Shown here piece by piece: positions 1 to 8,483 of a DNA stretch of 64,000 nt. The translations under genes were made by a program, and so were the position numbers. Every line of letters begins with the position of its first letter. Position 1 is the first letter of the stretch. The notes beneath the pieces were generated by a model. That model was given only the letters and a program-made list of their open reading frames with translations. It searched no databases and was not told the DNA's origin. The DNA is taken from the sequence record PQ287642.1; one strand, 5' to 3'.

Positions 1-1272
1 CGCTATGCTAAAGTGCGTCCTCTACCGGAATATCGTACCTTTATGCTTCGCCCGGTTGATGCTGCTACCATCATCGAGATGGTATCCATCAATAACCCAC
101 ACCTGGATCAAGAGCAAGTTACTGAATGGGCTCTTAAGATTCCGGCACAACGGGTAGAAAACGTTTGGAGTGAACTATTTGGTACTGCACGTGGTTTGAC
201 TGTTTCTAACCTGAGCTTTATCAATCCTAATGCTTTCCCGTTTAATCTTGATGAACTGACTCTAGCTTATTTCATCTGTGGTCATTACATCGAGAACCCA
301 CAAGAAGTACCTGGTGAATCCGTAACATCGGAAGAATGGGAACAAACGGTTCGTCTACTCCACGAGATGCTTGGTTTCTACATCATCCGTGCGTATGAGA
401 ATCGTCTTGAAATGCGAGAGTCTAATACTCTTGTACTTCGTTATGAAGCTCATCGCCCAGTTGAAAACCGTCGTGTACTTGTTACTCTTAACGGTGACGT
501 TGCTGAGAGCTGGCTCGTTAAAGGTGGTTCTGTTGAAGCTCTGCTTGGTGCAGCTATTGATGGCGGTAATGTCGTACATGCACAGGGCATTGACGCACGT
601 GCTGATCATTACATCAAACGCTGGACCGCTACATATCCGCTAATCAAACAAGCAGCACTCGACTACGCTGAGAGCCGTCGTCGGCAGGACGTTATTGATA
701 CCTTCCTCGCACACTGTGGTGAAGGTCCTTTACGTGAAATGAATATCGGTAACGTACGTGAACTACTGGCTACCGCCATGCGTTTCGTTCGGCGCGAAGA
801 TCTTGATAATCCATACTGCGTATTCAGTAATCTTATCTGCCGTACTTACTACACCGAACCGATGTATAAGCTGTATCTCGATACTATCGATGAATATGGC
901 CAAAACTTCCCCGGTGCAGAACTACGTGAATTGAATACTCAAGCTCTGATTTCGCTGATTGCTATTTTCCAAGCACAGCAGATCAAAGTAGAAACATTCA
1001 ATCCTGATGTTGATCCGAATGCAACTCTTCCTGAACCAGAAGAAGTGCCAGAGGAAATCACTGAACCAACTAGTGAAGAAGTTGCCGATGCTGTCGGCGA
1101 TGCAGTAGAAGGTGAAGGTCCCCTGGCTGAAACTCCGGAAGTAGAAGACGAAGAAGATCCTTACGCTGATGAAACTCCTACTGAATCTGAGACTGAAGAA
1201 GTCGAAGAAGAGCAGGAAGAAGCCAGTGAAGAAGAAACTGAGTCTGAAACTGAAGAAGAAGAACAAGCATAA
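1..1272 (+). CDS. phiKZ gp177-like head protein with long acidic C-terminal tail; 5' end truncated by window
   Basis: The frame is open from base 1 (cgc tat gct aaa gtg), so the gene starts upstream of the window. The last ~85 aa are E/D/P-rich. It lies directly before the gp176-like and protease genes, as in phiKZ/SPN3US synteny (recalled). Confidence 0.65.
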   Translation, partial: RYAKVRPLPEYRTFMLRPVDAATIIEMVSINNPHLDQEQVTEWALKIPAQRVENVWSELFGTARGLTVSNLSFINPNAFPFNLDELTLAYFICGHYIENPQEVPGESVTSEEWEQTVRLLHEMLGFYIIRAYENRLEMRESNTLVLRYEAHRPVENRRVLVTLNGDVAESWLVKGGSVEALLGAAIDGGNVVHAQGIDARADHYIKRWTATYPLIKQAALDYAESRRRQDVIDTFLAHCGEGPLREMNIGNVRELLATAMRFVRREDLDNPYCVFSNLICRTYYTEPMYKLYLDTIDEYGQNFPGAELRELNTQALISLIAIFQAQQIKVETFNPDVDPNATLPEPEEVPEEITEPTSEEVADAVGDAVEGEGPLAETPEVEDEEDPYADETPTESETEEVEEEQEEASEEETESETEEEEQA

Positions 1273-1280
1273 TTGATAAC

Positions 1281-1306
1281 CTCCGGTATCCTTCGGGGTA
1301 CCGGAG
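1281..1306 (+). terminator. GC-rich hairpin with C(UUCG)G tetraloop, likely terminator or stabilising hairpin
   Basis: CTCCGGTATCC-TTCG-GGGTACCGGAG begins 9 nt after the stop at 1272. T-rich sequence follows at 1316-1327. Confidence 0.6.
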
Positions 1307-1341
1307 TGTGTCAACTTTCCTTTTTCTAAGAAGAGACTTAT

Positions 1342-2064
1342 ATGAACGTTAGGCAATTAACACGTGATGCTGCACGCGTAAATGCAAATCTGATTGAATT
1401 GGAAGATGGTGGTATTGCTACAAACCTTCCCTGTAAGATTCAAATTCCAGAACGTTTTGCTGCTAAGAACTTGGCTGTATTAGGTAGTGAAGTATTCATA
1501 TTTGGATTCTTTCCTATCATCATGAATGAAGAGTTTTACGCGGTTAATAATACAATCGCGATGATGCGCATTCTTCCAAACTCTACTGAGCGTGTTGTTG
1601 TAGAGAGTGAACCTTATTACGAATTTAGTTTCGAGAAAGGTGATAAAGTTTTCTATTCGACACATCTTGTGGTCAACGACACACTAACATATTACATGTA
1701 CGACGAGTTCGTATCCAAAGGGAACATCCCTTGGTATATGAACTATTATGACATGGCGAAAATGTTCGAAACTGCAAAAGAACATGCAGATACATTTATT
1801 GGTGGTCGTTCGATTATCGAGCTTATCATTTCAACCATCGCTCGTGATCCGGATGATATGACAAGACTATACCGCCACATTCTGTCGCGGCATGATGATG
1901 TTAAAAATAAACCTCCAGTAACCGTACCTTTCCGATCGGTTATTTGGAACACCTCAGATACCACCTCAAAACTTAATGGTGCTTACTTCAGCGACGCTAT
2001 CAACTCTGCACTAGTGAACCCTAGTGAGAAAGTAGAAGTGATTGAAGAGCTATTGAGGACATAA
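1342..2064 (+). CDS. phiKZ gp176-like virion protein (candidate accessory subunit of virion RNAP)
   Basis: 240-aa ORF with RBS (AAGAGA), immediately upstream of the prohead protease. The equivalent gene (SPN3US gp244) has been proposed as a vRNAP-associated subunit. Assignment is by synteny. Confidence 0.6.
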   Translation: MNVRQLTRDAARVNANLIELEDGGIATNLPCKIQIPERFAAKNLAVLGSEVFIFGFFPIIMNEEFYAVNNTIAMMRILPNSTERVVVESEPYYEFSFEKGDKVFYSTHLVVNDTLTYYMYDEFVSKGNIPWYMNYYDMAKMFETAKEHADTFIGGRSIIELIISTIARDPDDMTRLYRHILSRHDDVKNKPPVTVPFRSVIWNTSDTTSKLNGAYFSDAINSALVNPSEKVEVIEELLRT

Positions 2065-2079
2065 CACGGAGTTGCAGAA

Positions 2080-2913
2080 ATGCATCCTTTGGCACAATCT
2101 TCTTTTGGTGTCCAAAATTCTCCGCAGAATCAGGTACGTATTGGCTGCACTATGTTAGCTGGTACGGACAAAAAAGGAATTCTTGCGCCGAATGCGGACG
2201 GTTATTATACTGTAGTTCTGGGTGCCTATGGTACACATAACTCTGCTGGTATGTTCTATGACGAAGCCAGTGGCGTTGCGATGTTTGATCCGAACTCTTC
2301 CCTGATGCGTCGCCTTAAGAAAGGTGTTCTCTTCATGGAGTTCAAACACCCTGAACCGTTTACAGACCTGATGATTGATGGTCGTGTTGTTCGTCAACCG
2401 ATGGATGATCGTCAATACCTGCAACGTATTCGTATGATCGACGATAACCGGGTTTGTGCACATATCCGTGCATTGACTATTGTTCCCGGTAAGAATGAAA
2501 ATGGTAAGACTGTTAAAATGGTCGTCGGTGAGGTTAAACCTTACGGTCCGTTTGGTCACATTTTTAAAGAGTCTTTGGATAACCCAAGTATCAATACCTA
2601 TTGTTCCGTTCGTTCTATCACACAGGACGACGTAATGCGTGGTATTAAGTATACACGGGAAATCTCCACCTGGGACTTCGTCGGTGAGGGTGGTATCTAT
2701 ATTGCTAACAAATATACCTCCCCTGCTTTGGAAAGTTTCTCCGATACCGAAGTTATCATCACACCTGCTACCCTTTGGAAGATGCAGGATGAAGCACAGA
2801 AGCGTGCTAATATCGGTATGGAATCTGATCCTAATCTAGACGTTACTGATCTAATTCAACAACTAGGTTGGTCGCGTAAGAAGCCGATTCGTGTACCTGC
2901 TTACATGCGATAA
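2080..2913 (+). CDS. Prohead (morphogenetic) serine protease, phiKZ gp175 / T4 gp21-like
   Basis: Motifs GVLFMEFKHP (catalytic His), IDDNRVCAHI, VKPYGP, CSVRS (nucleophile Ser) and STWDFV. PALES near the C-terminus fits an S/A/G-x-E self-cleavage site. Confidence 0.88.
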   Translation: MHPLAQSSFGVQNSPQNQVRIGCTMLAGTDKKGILAPNADGYYTVVLGAYGTHNSAGMFYDEASGVAMFDPNSSLMRRLKKGVLFMEFKHPEPFTDLMIDGRVVRQPMDDRQYLQRIRMIDDNRVCAHIRALTIVPGKNENGKTVKMVVGEVKPYGPFGHIFKESLDNPSINTYCSVRSITQDDVMRGIKYTREISTWDFVGEGGIYIANKYTSPALESFSDTEVIITPATLWKMQDEAQKRANIGMESDPNLDVTDLIQQLGWSRKKPIRVPAYMR

Positions 2914-2928
2914 AAAAAAAAAATGGAA

Positions 2929-2962
2929 CATAAAGCCCTCTCCCGAAGGAGAGGGCGATATG
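2929..2962. terminator. CATA-stem-loop-TATG element (bidirectional terminator candidate) between convergent genes
   Basis: CATA-AA-GCCCTCTCC-CGAA-GGAGAGGGC-GA-TATG, with a UUCG loop on the minus strand. The A12 run at 2912-2923 gives a U-tract on the minus strand. Confidence 0.75.
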
Positions 2963-2965
2963 CCT

Positions 2966-3277
2966 TTATGCTACGAAGCCATAAGCTTCTTCATTAACAG
3001 GTGGCCAACGGACTAACTGTGGTTTACCATTGATCTGTTCTTCTGTTACATCTTGACCGTCCAGGTAGACTGATCTCCCGAACACACCTTGGGTTATAAG
3101 TTCACGAGCTTTATTTAAAGCAAGTTTATACTTATCTACCGAATTATATGCGATAGTATTACTCACATCATCCAGTGCTAAACCTTCAGGTGTAAGGTAA
3201 TATTCCCGCCCTTCATCTACCGAGAAGATTCTTACTAATCTTCGGAAGTTCTCGTTAATGAAAGGCCATTTTTTCAT
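2966..3277 (-). CDS. Hypothetical early protein
   Basis: 103-aa ORF downstream of a TATATTAC early promoter and closed by the 2929 hairpin. No motif recognised. Confidence 0.7.
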   Translation of the reverse strand: MKKWPFINENFRRLVRIFSVDEGREYYLTPEGLALDDVSNTIAYNSVDKYKLALNKARELITQGVFGRSVYLDGQDVTEEQINGKPQLVRWPPVNEEAYGFVA

Positions 3278-3373
3278 AGGTTTCTATCCCATGTGAAGAA
3301 AGTCTGAGTTTAACCGAATCAGACGTATCGCAAACTGGGTGAGATGTTCGAGCATCTCACCCAATTCACGTTT

Positions 3374-3381
3374 GTAATATA
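3374..3381 (-). promoter_or_regulatory. phiKZ-type early (virion RNAP) promoter TATATTAC
   Basis: GTAATATA on + reads TATATTAC on -, the published phiKZ early consensus. AT-rich upstream, ~95 nt before ATG 3277. Confidence 0.75.
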
Positions 3382-3408
3382 GTTCTCAATTAAGTTAGAT
3401 TAAGACGG

Positions 3409-3441
3409 CATATTACCCTCCCTTTTGGGGAGGGCTTTATG
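3409..3441 (-). terminator. CATA-stem-loop-TATG element ending the 3445-4569 gene
   Basis: CATA-TTA-CCCTCCC-TTTTG-GGGAGGG-CTT-TATG immediately after the stop at 3445. Confidence 0.7.
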
Positions 3442-3444
3442 TCG

Positions 3445-4569
3445 CTATTGAATAGCAGCATCAGGATAGAACGACTTGATCAGCTCTATTGGGTTTTCCA
3501 TCTTGTAGAACGGAGCTGTCAACATTGCTTCACGATGAGTTTCACTACTAAGAATCAATGTGGTCGCATCTTCAGAAGCGTGACTTAGGAAGTAAAGATT
3601 CCACACGGGTTGACCCTGGCGCCGAGTAGTGAACCAATCTGGTTTGAGTTGATTAAGGATGCGTACTAAAGTAGCCATTTGGTCGGCGTAGTTAGGACGT
3701 TCCTGTGCACCAGTTGGATCTGGGATCTCAGGTCCAGTTGGATTATTCGGGTCAGGAATCATTTTAGGGAAAGGACCACCAGGTACACATTCTTCAGGGA
3801 ACACGTAATTCTGTAGTAACTGCGCAGGAAAATTTGGGTTCTCAGCAATAAGTGCTGAAACACCGCCATGCAGCATTAACCTTTCGATTGTGGCAAGATC
3901 AGTACTAGGGCTAATACTAGCAGAAGCTCGCTTAACAACAGAGAATCTGAAATCATCATCATAGTCGTATTCATACTTGTTATCCGTCCACTTGGCTCCA
4001 AAGGTTTCATCAACTAGATCGGGTATACCCCAAGCTGTAACCTCTTCGATAATCCCTTTCATCAGTGCTGCTTCAGCACCAAGATCGAATACACGGAGCA
4101 ATGAGTTATTAGTCAGATCACCCATGAACCCAATAATACTATTAACTCCGCTAAAGTTCCCATCTTTAAAATAATAATCCTTTTGGTTGAGAACCATTTT
4201 AACGCCATCGATCATATCCGTTGCTTTACGAACATAACCTGTACCGGTATCTTCTCCGGTTAACTCTTCCATAATCGATCGTTCAACGTCCGTAGCTAGA
4301 CTTACAATGGAACTACGTGACCCTTTTAGGGCATCCGCAATTCGTGTTCTAGCCATGTTGAGATCAATACCGTTGTTAAGGATCTTGTTACCGATACCTT
4401 TAACAACACCAAGTGATTTTTGAATGAGTTCGTCTGCACCTACACCAAATGCTGTTACCTTAGAGGCTAGCTGATTTTTTAATTCAGCGCTTTGTTCTGT
4501 ATAGGCATCAACCTCTTTGACAGCCGCATCTGGTAAACCAGTAAATGAAGGGATCGCTAATTGTACCAT
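3445..4569 (-). CDS. phiKZ gp174-like virion structural protein
   Basis: 374-aa ORF with a Pro-rich insertion (PDPNNPTGPEIPDPTG). Position relative to the protease matches gp174. A TATG late-promoter-like site lies at 4597-4600. Confidence 0.55.
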   Translation of the reverse strand: MVQLAIPSFTGLPDAAVKEVDAYTEQSAELKNQLASKVTAFGVGADELIQKSLGVVKGIGNKILNNGIDLNMARTRIADALKGSRSSIVSLATDVERSIMEELTGEDTGTGYVRKATDMIDGVKMVLNQKDYYFKDGNFSGVNSIIGFMGDLTNNSLLRVFDLGAEAALMKGIIEEVTAWGIPDLVDETFGAKWTDNKYEYDYDDDFRFSVVKRASASISPSTDLATIERLMLHGGVSALIAENPNFPAQLLQNYVFPEECVPGGPFPKMIPDPNNPTGPEIPDPTGAQERPNYADQMATLVRILNQLKPDWFTTRRQGQPVWNLYFLSHASEDATTLILSSETHREAMLTAPFYKMENPIELIKSFYPDAAIQ

Positions 4570-4615
4570 TGAATTTCACCAAAAAAAAATAAGAGTCATA
4601 CAATGATTGCCATTA

Positions 4616-4638
4616 GGCTCTCCCCGAAGGGAGAACCC
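4616..4638 (-). terminator. UUCG hairpin terminator candidate
   Basis: GGCTCTCCC-CGAA-GGGAGAACC, 13 nt after the stop at 4651. An A9 run at 4581-4589 provides a displaced U-tract. Confidence 0.5.
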
Positions 4639-4650
4639 AAGGCAGTCACT

Positions 4651-5028
4651 TTACATACTTGAAGCAACACGTTTAACGATATTAACCCATTCTTCTTCAG
4701 CTGGGGTAATACCGTGAGCACGCCACACAATCTGTGTGTTTTTATTAAGTTTAAGTTTTAGGAGGGGGTACTTGGCAATGCACACACGAAGAGTTTCCTC
4801 CATCTTTTCGTACAGATCTGGAACGAACTTGTATCTACTTTCCACCCCAGCTTCTTCAAGGTTGATACCATCTAGATATTTGGGGTGAACCTTTCCTGTA
4901 ATAAGATACAAACGGAAACCGTTCCAGCTGTAAAAAGCTGTTCCGGTAACCGTATGTTTCAACACGGATGAATGGAACTGAAGGACATCAGGGCAAAGGG
5001 GAGAGCTCAGGTCAATACAGTTATCCAT
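4651..5028 (-). CDS. Hypothetical protein
   Basis: Start revised to ATG 5028, preceded by GGAG. Coupled to the stop of the upstream gene at 5033. Confidence 0.65.
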   Translation of the reverse strand: MDNCIDLSSPLCPDVLQFHSSVLKHTVTGTAFYSWNGFRLYLITGKVHPKYLDGINLEEAGVESRYKFVPDLYEKMEETLRVCIAKYPLLKLKLNKNTQIVWRAHGITPAEEEWVNIVKRVASSM

Positions 5029-5032
5029 TCTC

Positions 5033-5788
5033 TTACTCCACAACTACAGGGTCAGTTATAGTGATCTTGTGAACAGAGTCCGGAAGTGATTCACGGACAA
5101 CTGGATCATCGGACCAACGGAGGGTCAGAATATATTCTTCCTTAACTGCGCGTAGCAAATGGATGCCACGACGGAAGTTATTCAAAGATACCCTCGGATC
5201 AAGCAGAGCACGTCGTAACGTGTTTACATTTTGGTTCACTTCTTTCTGAGTCAATCCAACTACATTAACGGGATTCTTCGTGTAATCATCAAAAAGCTTC
5301 TCCCACCAGAGTTTAATATCTGGTTTATCTTTCCCTTCCATTGCAACAACGTGCCTGAAAAGATGCGCCATCAATGTACCTGCGGGTTTAGCATTCTCGA
5401 ATATCTTACAATCCTGCCAAGGGAAACTGTTGGTCGTCAGAACATCTTCCCGTTCTTCGGGATCCATCGTGATGACATACGAACTAACACGATCGTCACG
5501 CCATGTCAGTTTAATCTCCAGTGTTGCGTGGACTGGGTTCAGGAAGTCAATTGCTTTTCTGAAAGCGGACCACTGCATCGTGTCTGACTTAAGAGCTTTA
5601 TTCAGGTTACCCTTGTCTTGATTATTTTTATTCCAAGGTTTCTCAAAGAAAGCTTCTTGCCGCCGGTTCCATGTACGTTGGTTAATCTTACGCCACAATA
5701 GAACTTCACGAAACAGATAACACGGGATATCGGATGCTCGCAACGTTCCCTTAAGGGGATCGGAAAGAAGGTCTTGTACAGAATCCAT
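5033..5788 (-). CDS. Two-domain protein with internal duplication; ChmC-like nucleic-acid-binding family candidate
   Basis: Two copies of the pattern LFR..V/L...W...F/Y...N..L..AL.......F.K/RxI..L......L.L.W. The first copy (GNLNKALKSDTMQWSAFRKAIDFL) resembles the recalled ChmC signature. Confidence 0.55.
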   Translation of the reverse strand: MDSVQDLLSDPLKGTLRASDIPCYLFREVLLWRKINQRTWNRRQEAFFEKPWNKNNQDKGNLNKALKSDTMQWSAFRKAIDFLNPVHATLEIKLTWRDDRVSSYVITMDPEEREDVLTTNSFPWQDCKIFENAKPAGTLMAHLFRHVVAMEGKDKPDIKLWWEKLFDDYTKNPVNVVGLTQKEVNQNVNTLRRALLDPRVSLNNFRRGIHLLRAVKEEYILTLRWSDDPVVRESLPDSVHKITITDPVVVE

Positions 5789-5841
5789 TTTTCATTTACA
5801 CCTACGGTGATTAAAGAGAAGGTTTCGTTTCGCAACTCTAT

Positions 5842-6384
5842 TTATTTCATAGTTTCTTCCTTCATGGTATCAACAAGCGTTTGGGTAAGTACAAGGATAT
5901 CATGATACACTCTTCCTAAAACTCTTCTATAGAAGCTCGCGGTTTGTGTTTCAAGAATCATTGCATGTTTATCAAGATACGTCTTAAGCTTTTCTAAAGA
6001 GTCGACTATATCTACAGAATAACCTCTTGCATCAGCAAAGTATTCATCTAAGTTAACTCTACTGAATTGAGTGAATTCATTCTTACTAATTTGTTCTAAA
6101 GCTGCTTGATCGCCGGTGGATACCATTGTGTTAATGACATTCATCTGTTCAATCAGATAAGTTACGTTAGTATGTCGCAGCTCCATGTTTACTGCCATCA
6201 TGTCTCTAGGTGAAATTTCACCGAAGTCTTTGACATCGATTCTATTCCATAATTCTGCAAGCATGATGGGATAATTATCACGACGCACGCCCTCGTCTTC
6301 AAACTGATCAAGCAGTGCTGAATACAGTTGTTTTTTGGATACTGGCTGGAACACCCGTAACCAGCGGCGTAGCGTATTAATCAT
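5842..6384 (-). CDS. Conserved hypothetical helical protein (gp171-like)
   Basis: 180-aa ORF with RBS AGGGAG, divergent from 6460. Assignment is by synteny only. Confidence 0.6.
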   Translation of the reverse strand: MINTLRRWLRVFQPVSKKQLYSALLDQFEDEGVRRDNYPIMLAELWNRIDVKDFGEISPRDMMAVNMELRHTNVTYLIEQMNVINTMVSTGDQAALEQISKNEFTQFSRVNLDEYFADARGYSVDIVDSLEKLKTYLDKHAMILETQTASFYRRVLGRVYHDILVLTQTLVDTMKEETMK

Positions 6385-6459
6385 ATAGAAAACTCCCTAA
6401 TCCGCATTTTATGGCATATTGTTATTCCGTTGAGTATTTCTCAACAGTGAGGTAGTAAA

Positions 6460-6972
6460 ATGGAAACTCCGATCCCGGAATTTATTCCGACAGAACCAGA
6501 GGTTTTGTACTCTGAGCTTTCTTATGAAGACCAGCTAAAACTTACACAAAACGTTAAGCATCGGATTCTTCATGGTGTAATGACCTCCCGTGTGGATGGT
6601 ACTATTCCAACCGACAAAGAATCTATTGATTCGATGTTGAAAGTTATGGACTCGATGGATCGCACGACTATCCAGAATCGTCGTACACAGATTGAAGCAG
6701 AAGGTAATAAGTCTGCACGTGATCTGGTTGAATCGATGGCAGAGTTCATTAGGCAAGCTAAGAACAAGAACCCGTTCGTTGCCGTACCTGGTGAAGATAA
6801 CCGCGGTTCAGAACCAGATATCGATAATGAAGATCTTGGTGAGTTTGAACACGCCGCCGGTGAAGGTGAAATTGGTGTCATTAACGAGACATCTGAAGAG
6901 TTCAACGAACGCATGCGCGCGGTTGCTGAAAAGAAAGCACGTGAGGAAGAAGCCGCACTTGGTCTCTCTTAA
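6460..6972 (+). CDS. Conserved hypothetical protein (gp170-like) with acidic C-terminal half
   Basis: 170-aa ORF with RBS GAGGT, ended by the 6976 hairpin. Confidence 0.65.
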   Translation: METPIPEFIPTEPEVLYSELSYEDQLKLTQNVKHRILHGVMTSRVDGTIPTDKESIDSMLKVMDSMDRTTIQNRRTQIEAEGNKSARDLVESMAEFIRQAKNKNPFVAVPGEDNRGSEPDIDNEDLGEFEHAAGEGEIGVINETSEEFNERMRAVAEKKAREEEAALGLS

Positions 6973-6975
6973 CGA

Positions 6976-7010
6976 CATATTGCCCAGCCTATGGAAGGCT
7001 GGGCTCTATG
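6976..7010. terminator. CATA-stem-loop-TATG element between convergent genes
   Basis: CATA-TT-GCCCAGCC-TATGGAA-GGCTGGGC-TC-TATG between the stops at 6972 (+) and 7016 (-). Confidence 0.75.
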
Positions 7011-7015
7011 CTGTC

Positions 7016-7651
7016 TTAATCAACAATAACGTCTTCAAATGTACCATATTCATCGATATGGATTTCGACGGTCGGTGGTTCAAATTCTTGCATTGTCTTA
7101 CGGACGGTTTCTTCTGTGGTTTTGACCAGATCGTCTTGTAACTTTTTTGCAAAGAGTACACTACCTGCAACGAGTGCAATTCCAGCAATAGAGCCTTTAT
7201 TCTGATATGCTAGTTCAACCAACGGATTTATACTTTCTTTAAACTGTTCAAAGAAACCTTTCTTACGGGGTTTCTCTTTATTGTAATCTTTCAGCTTAAA
7301 GGTATCGAATACCATTGGCATGTCAGGGACTTGTTCATATTTCTGGAGAATTGCTCCAATATCAACAATACCTTGTGCAAACCAACCAAATACAAATCGA
7401 TTAGTTTTTACTTTCAGAACGATGTTATCGCCTGCTTTATAGTTATCACGGATCCAATCAATGATAGCATCATCAACTAGATCATCTTGTCCTTTAACTT
7501 CTAACAATACATCGAGGTCTACTAGAGTACCATCGATGATAGTATCGTTTACACTATCAACTTCTTCATGAAGACGAAGTACGGTGTTGATTAATTCGGA
7601 TTCGGTTAAACCGGTTGTTTTTACAGTCCAGTAGAAAGGGATGTTGCTCAT
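7016..7651 (-). CDS. Hypothetical accessory protein with one C-proximal hydrophobic segment
   Basis: 211-aa ORF with acidic N-terminal half and the hydrophobic stretch SIAGIALVAGSVLFA. Confidence 0.7.
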   Translation of the reverse strand: MSNIPFYWTVKTTGLTESELINTVLRLHEEVDSVNDTIIDGTLVDLDVLLEVKGQDDLVDDAIIDWIRDNYKAGDNIVLKVKTNRFVFGWFAQGIVDIGAILQKYEQVPDMPMVFDTFKLKDYNKEKPRKKGFFEQFKESINPLVELAYQNKGSIAGIALVAGSVLFAKKLQDDLVKTTEETVRKTMQEFEPPTVEIHIDEYGTFEDVIVD

Positions 7652-7778
7652 GAGTATTTACCTAGGTCTATTTAAAAGAACTGTAGGATAAAAGAATATA
7701 AAGAGTCCCCTCCTTATTCTTAGTCCTACATATCCTTACCTATCAGGTAAATATTCCCATGAACAAACATCACTCAAA

Positions 7779-8219
7779 CTACTTATTCCACATCCGATAG
7801 ATGTGGCAACTTGTTACAGTAAACATTGTTCCCATGAACAATGCTGCCATCAATTCACTAGCACTCTCCTCTTCTACTTTCTTTTCATTTTGTTTCAAGT
7901 AATCATAATACTCCTTTTGTTCTTCTTTTACTTCAGTAGTATCATCTAACTCAATGCCAGCAAGTATACGCCATTCGTGATCGAGTACCTTAAATTCAGA
8001 AAGGATTGTTTCAGTGAGTTGCTCTTTAACCCACTCCCCATTACGTCCTCTATGAAGACACCAATACTCGCCTTTCTCTTTACAGATATGTCTTTCAGTA
8101 CCACGGTAATAGAAACGGAAATGTTCAATCTGTTCTCTTACCGAATCTATGTACAACAGATCCGTTAAATGATCGACAGCGAAGTGGCTCCTAAGGACCT
8201 CTATGCTGCGGTAAGTCAT
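7779..8219 (-). CDS. Hypothetical accessory protein, C-terminal hydrophobic anchor
   Basis: 146-aa ORF whose start overlaps the upstream stop (ATGA). LMAALFMGTMFTVTSC near the C-terminus. Confidence 0.7.
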   Translation of the reverse strand: MTYRSIEVLRSHFAVDHLTDLLYIDSVREQIEHFRFYYRGTERHICKEKGEYWCLHRGRNGEWVKEQLTETILSEFKVLDHEWRILAGIELDDTTEVKEEQKEYYDYLKQNEKKVEEESASELMAALFMGTMFTVTSCHIYRMWNK

Positions 8220-8359
8220 TCTACGTTGATTGGAGTTGCATCTGCCTCATCGACAGTAGTTTCATCATTCTGATTAGTCGCGAATAGATCTCCTCCGAAT
8301 ACAATGGTAGCACCAATGAATACGCCGATGCTAATAGCGGTCAAAGTTTTCCAGTTCAT
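8216..8359 (-). CDS. Small 47-aa membrane/secreted early protein (not in the ORF track)
   Basis: Translated by hand: MNWKTLTAISIGVFIGATIVFGGDLFATNQNDETTVDEADATPINVE*. RBS AAGAGG, TGA overlaps the next ATG, and it is the first gene after the early promoter at 8409. Confidence 0.75.
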   Translation of the reverse strand: MNWKTLTAISIGVFIGATIVFGGDLFATNQNDETTVDEADATPINVE

Positions 8360-8408
8360 GTTAGTCGCCTCTTTAAACGAACGGTATCCTTAGATACGGC
8401 TCAATTAG

Positions 8409-8416
8409 GTAATATA
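8409..8416 (-). promoter_or_regulatory. phiKZ-type early promoter TATATTAC
   Basis: GTAATATA on +, with an AT-rich upstream tract (AAAATTTTTTTC on -), 50 nt before ATG 8359. Confidence 0.78.
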
Positions 8417-8438
8417 GATCTGAAAAAAATTTTATTGA

Positions 8439-8471
8439 CATAATGCCCTCTCCCGAAGGAGAGGGCATATG
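8439..8471 (-). terminator. CATA-stem-loop-TATG element
   Basis: CATA-AT-GCCCTCTCC-CGAA-GGAGAGGGC-A-TATG. The 22-nt core is identical to those at 2935 and 57646. Confidence 0.75.
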
Positions 8472-8483
8472 CCTATTTACAAC

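Noticed and set aside
2912-2923. A12 (and A10 at 57625, A9 at 4581) homopolymers as phase-variation tracts
   Set aside because: All are intergenic and adjacent to stop codons and hairpins. They are better explained as terminator U-tracts, and slippage would not change any protein.
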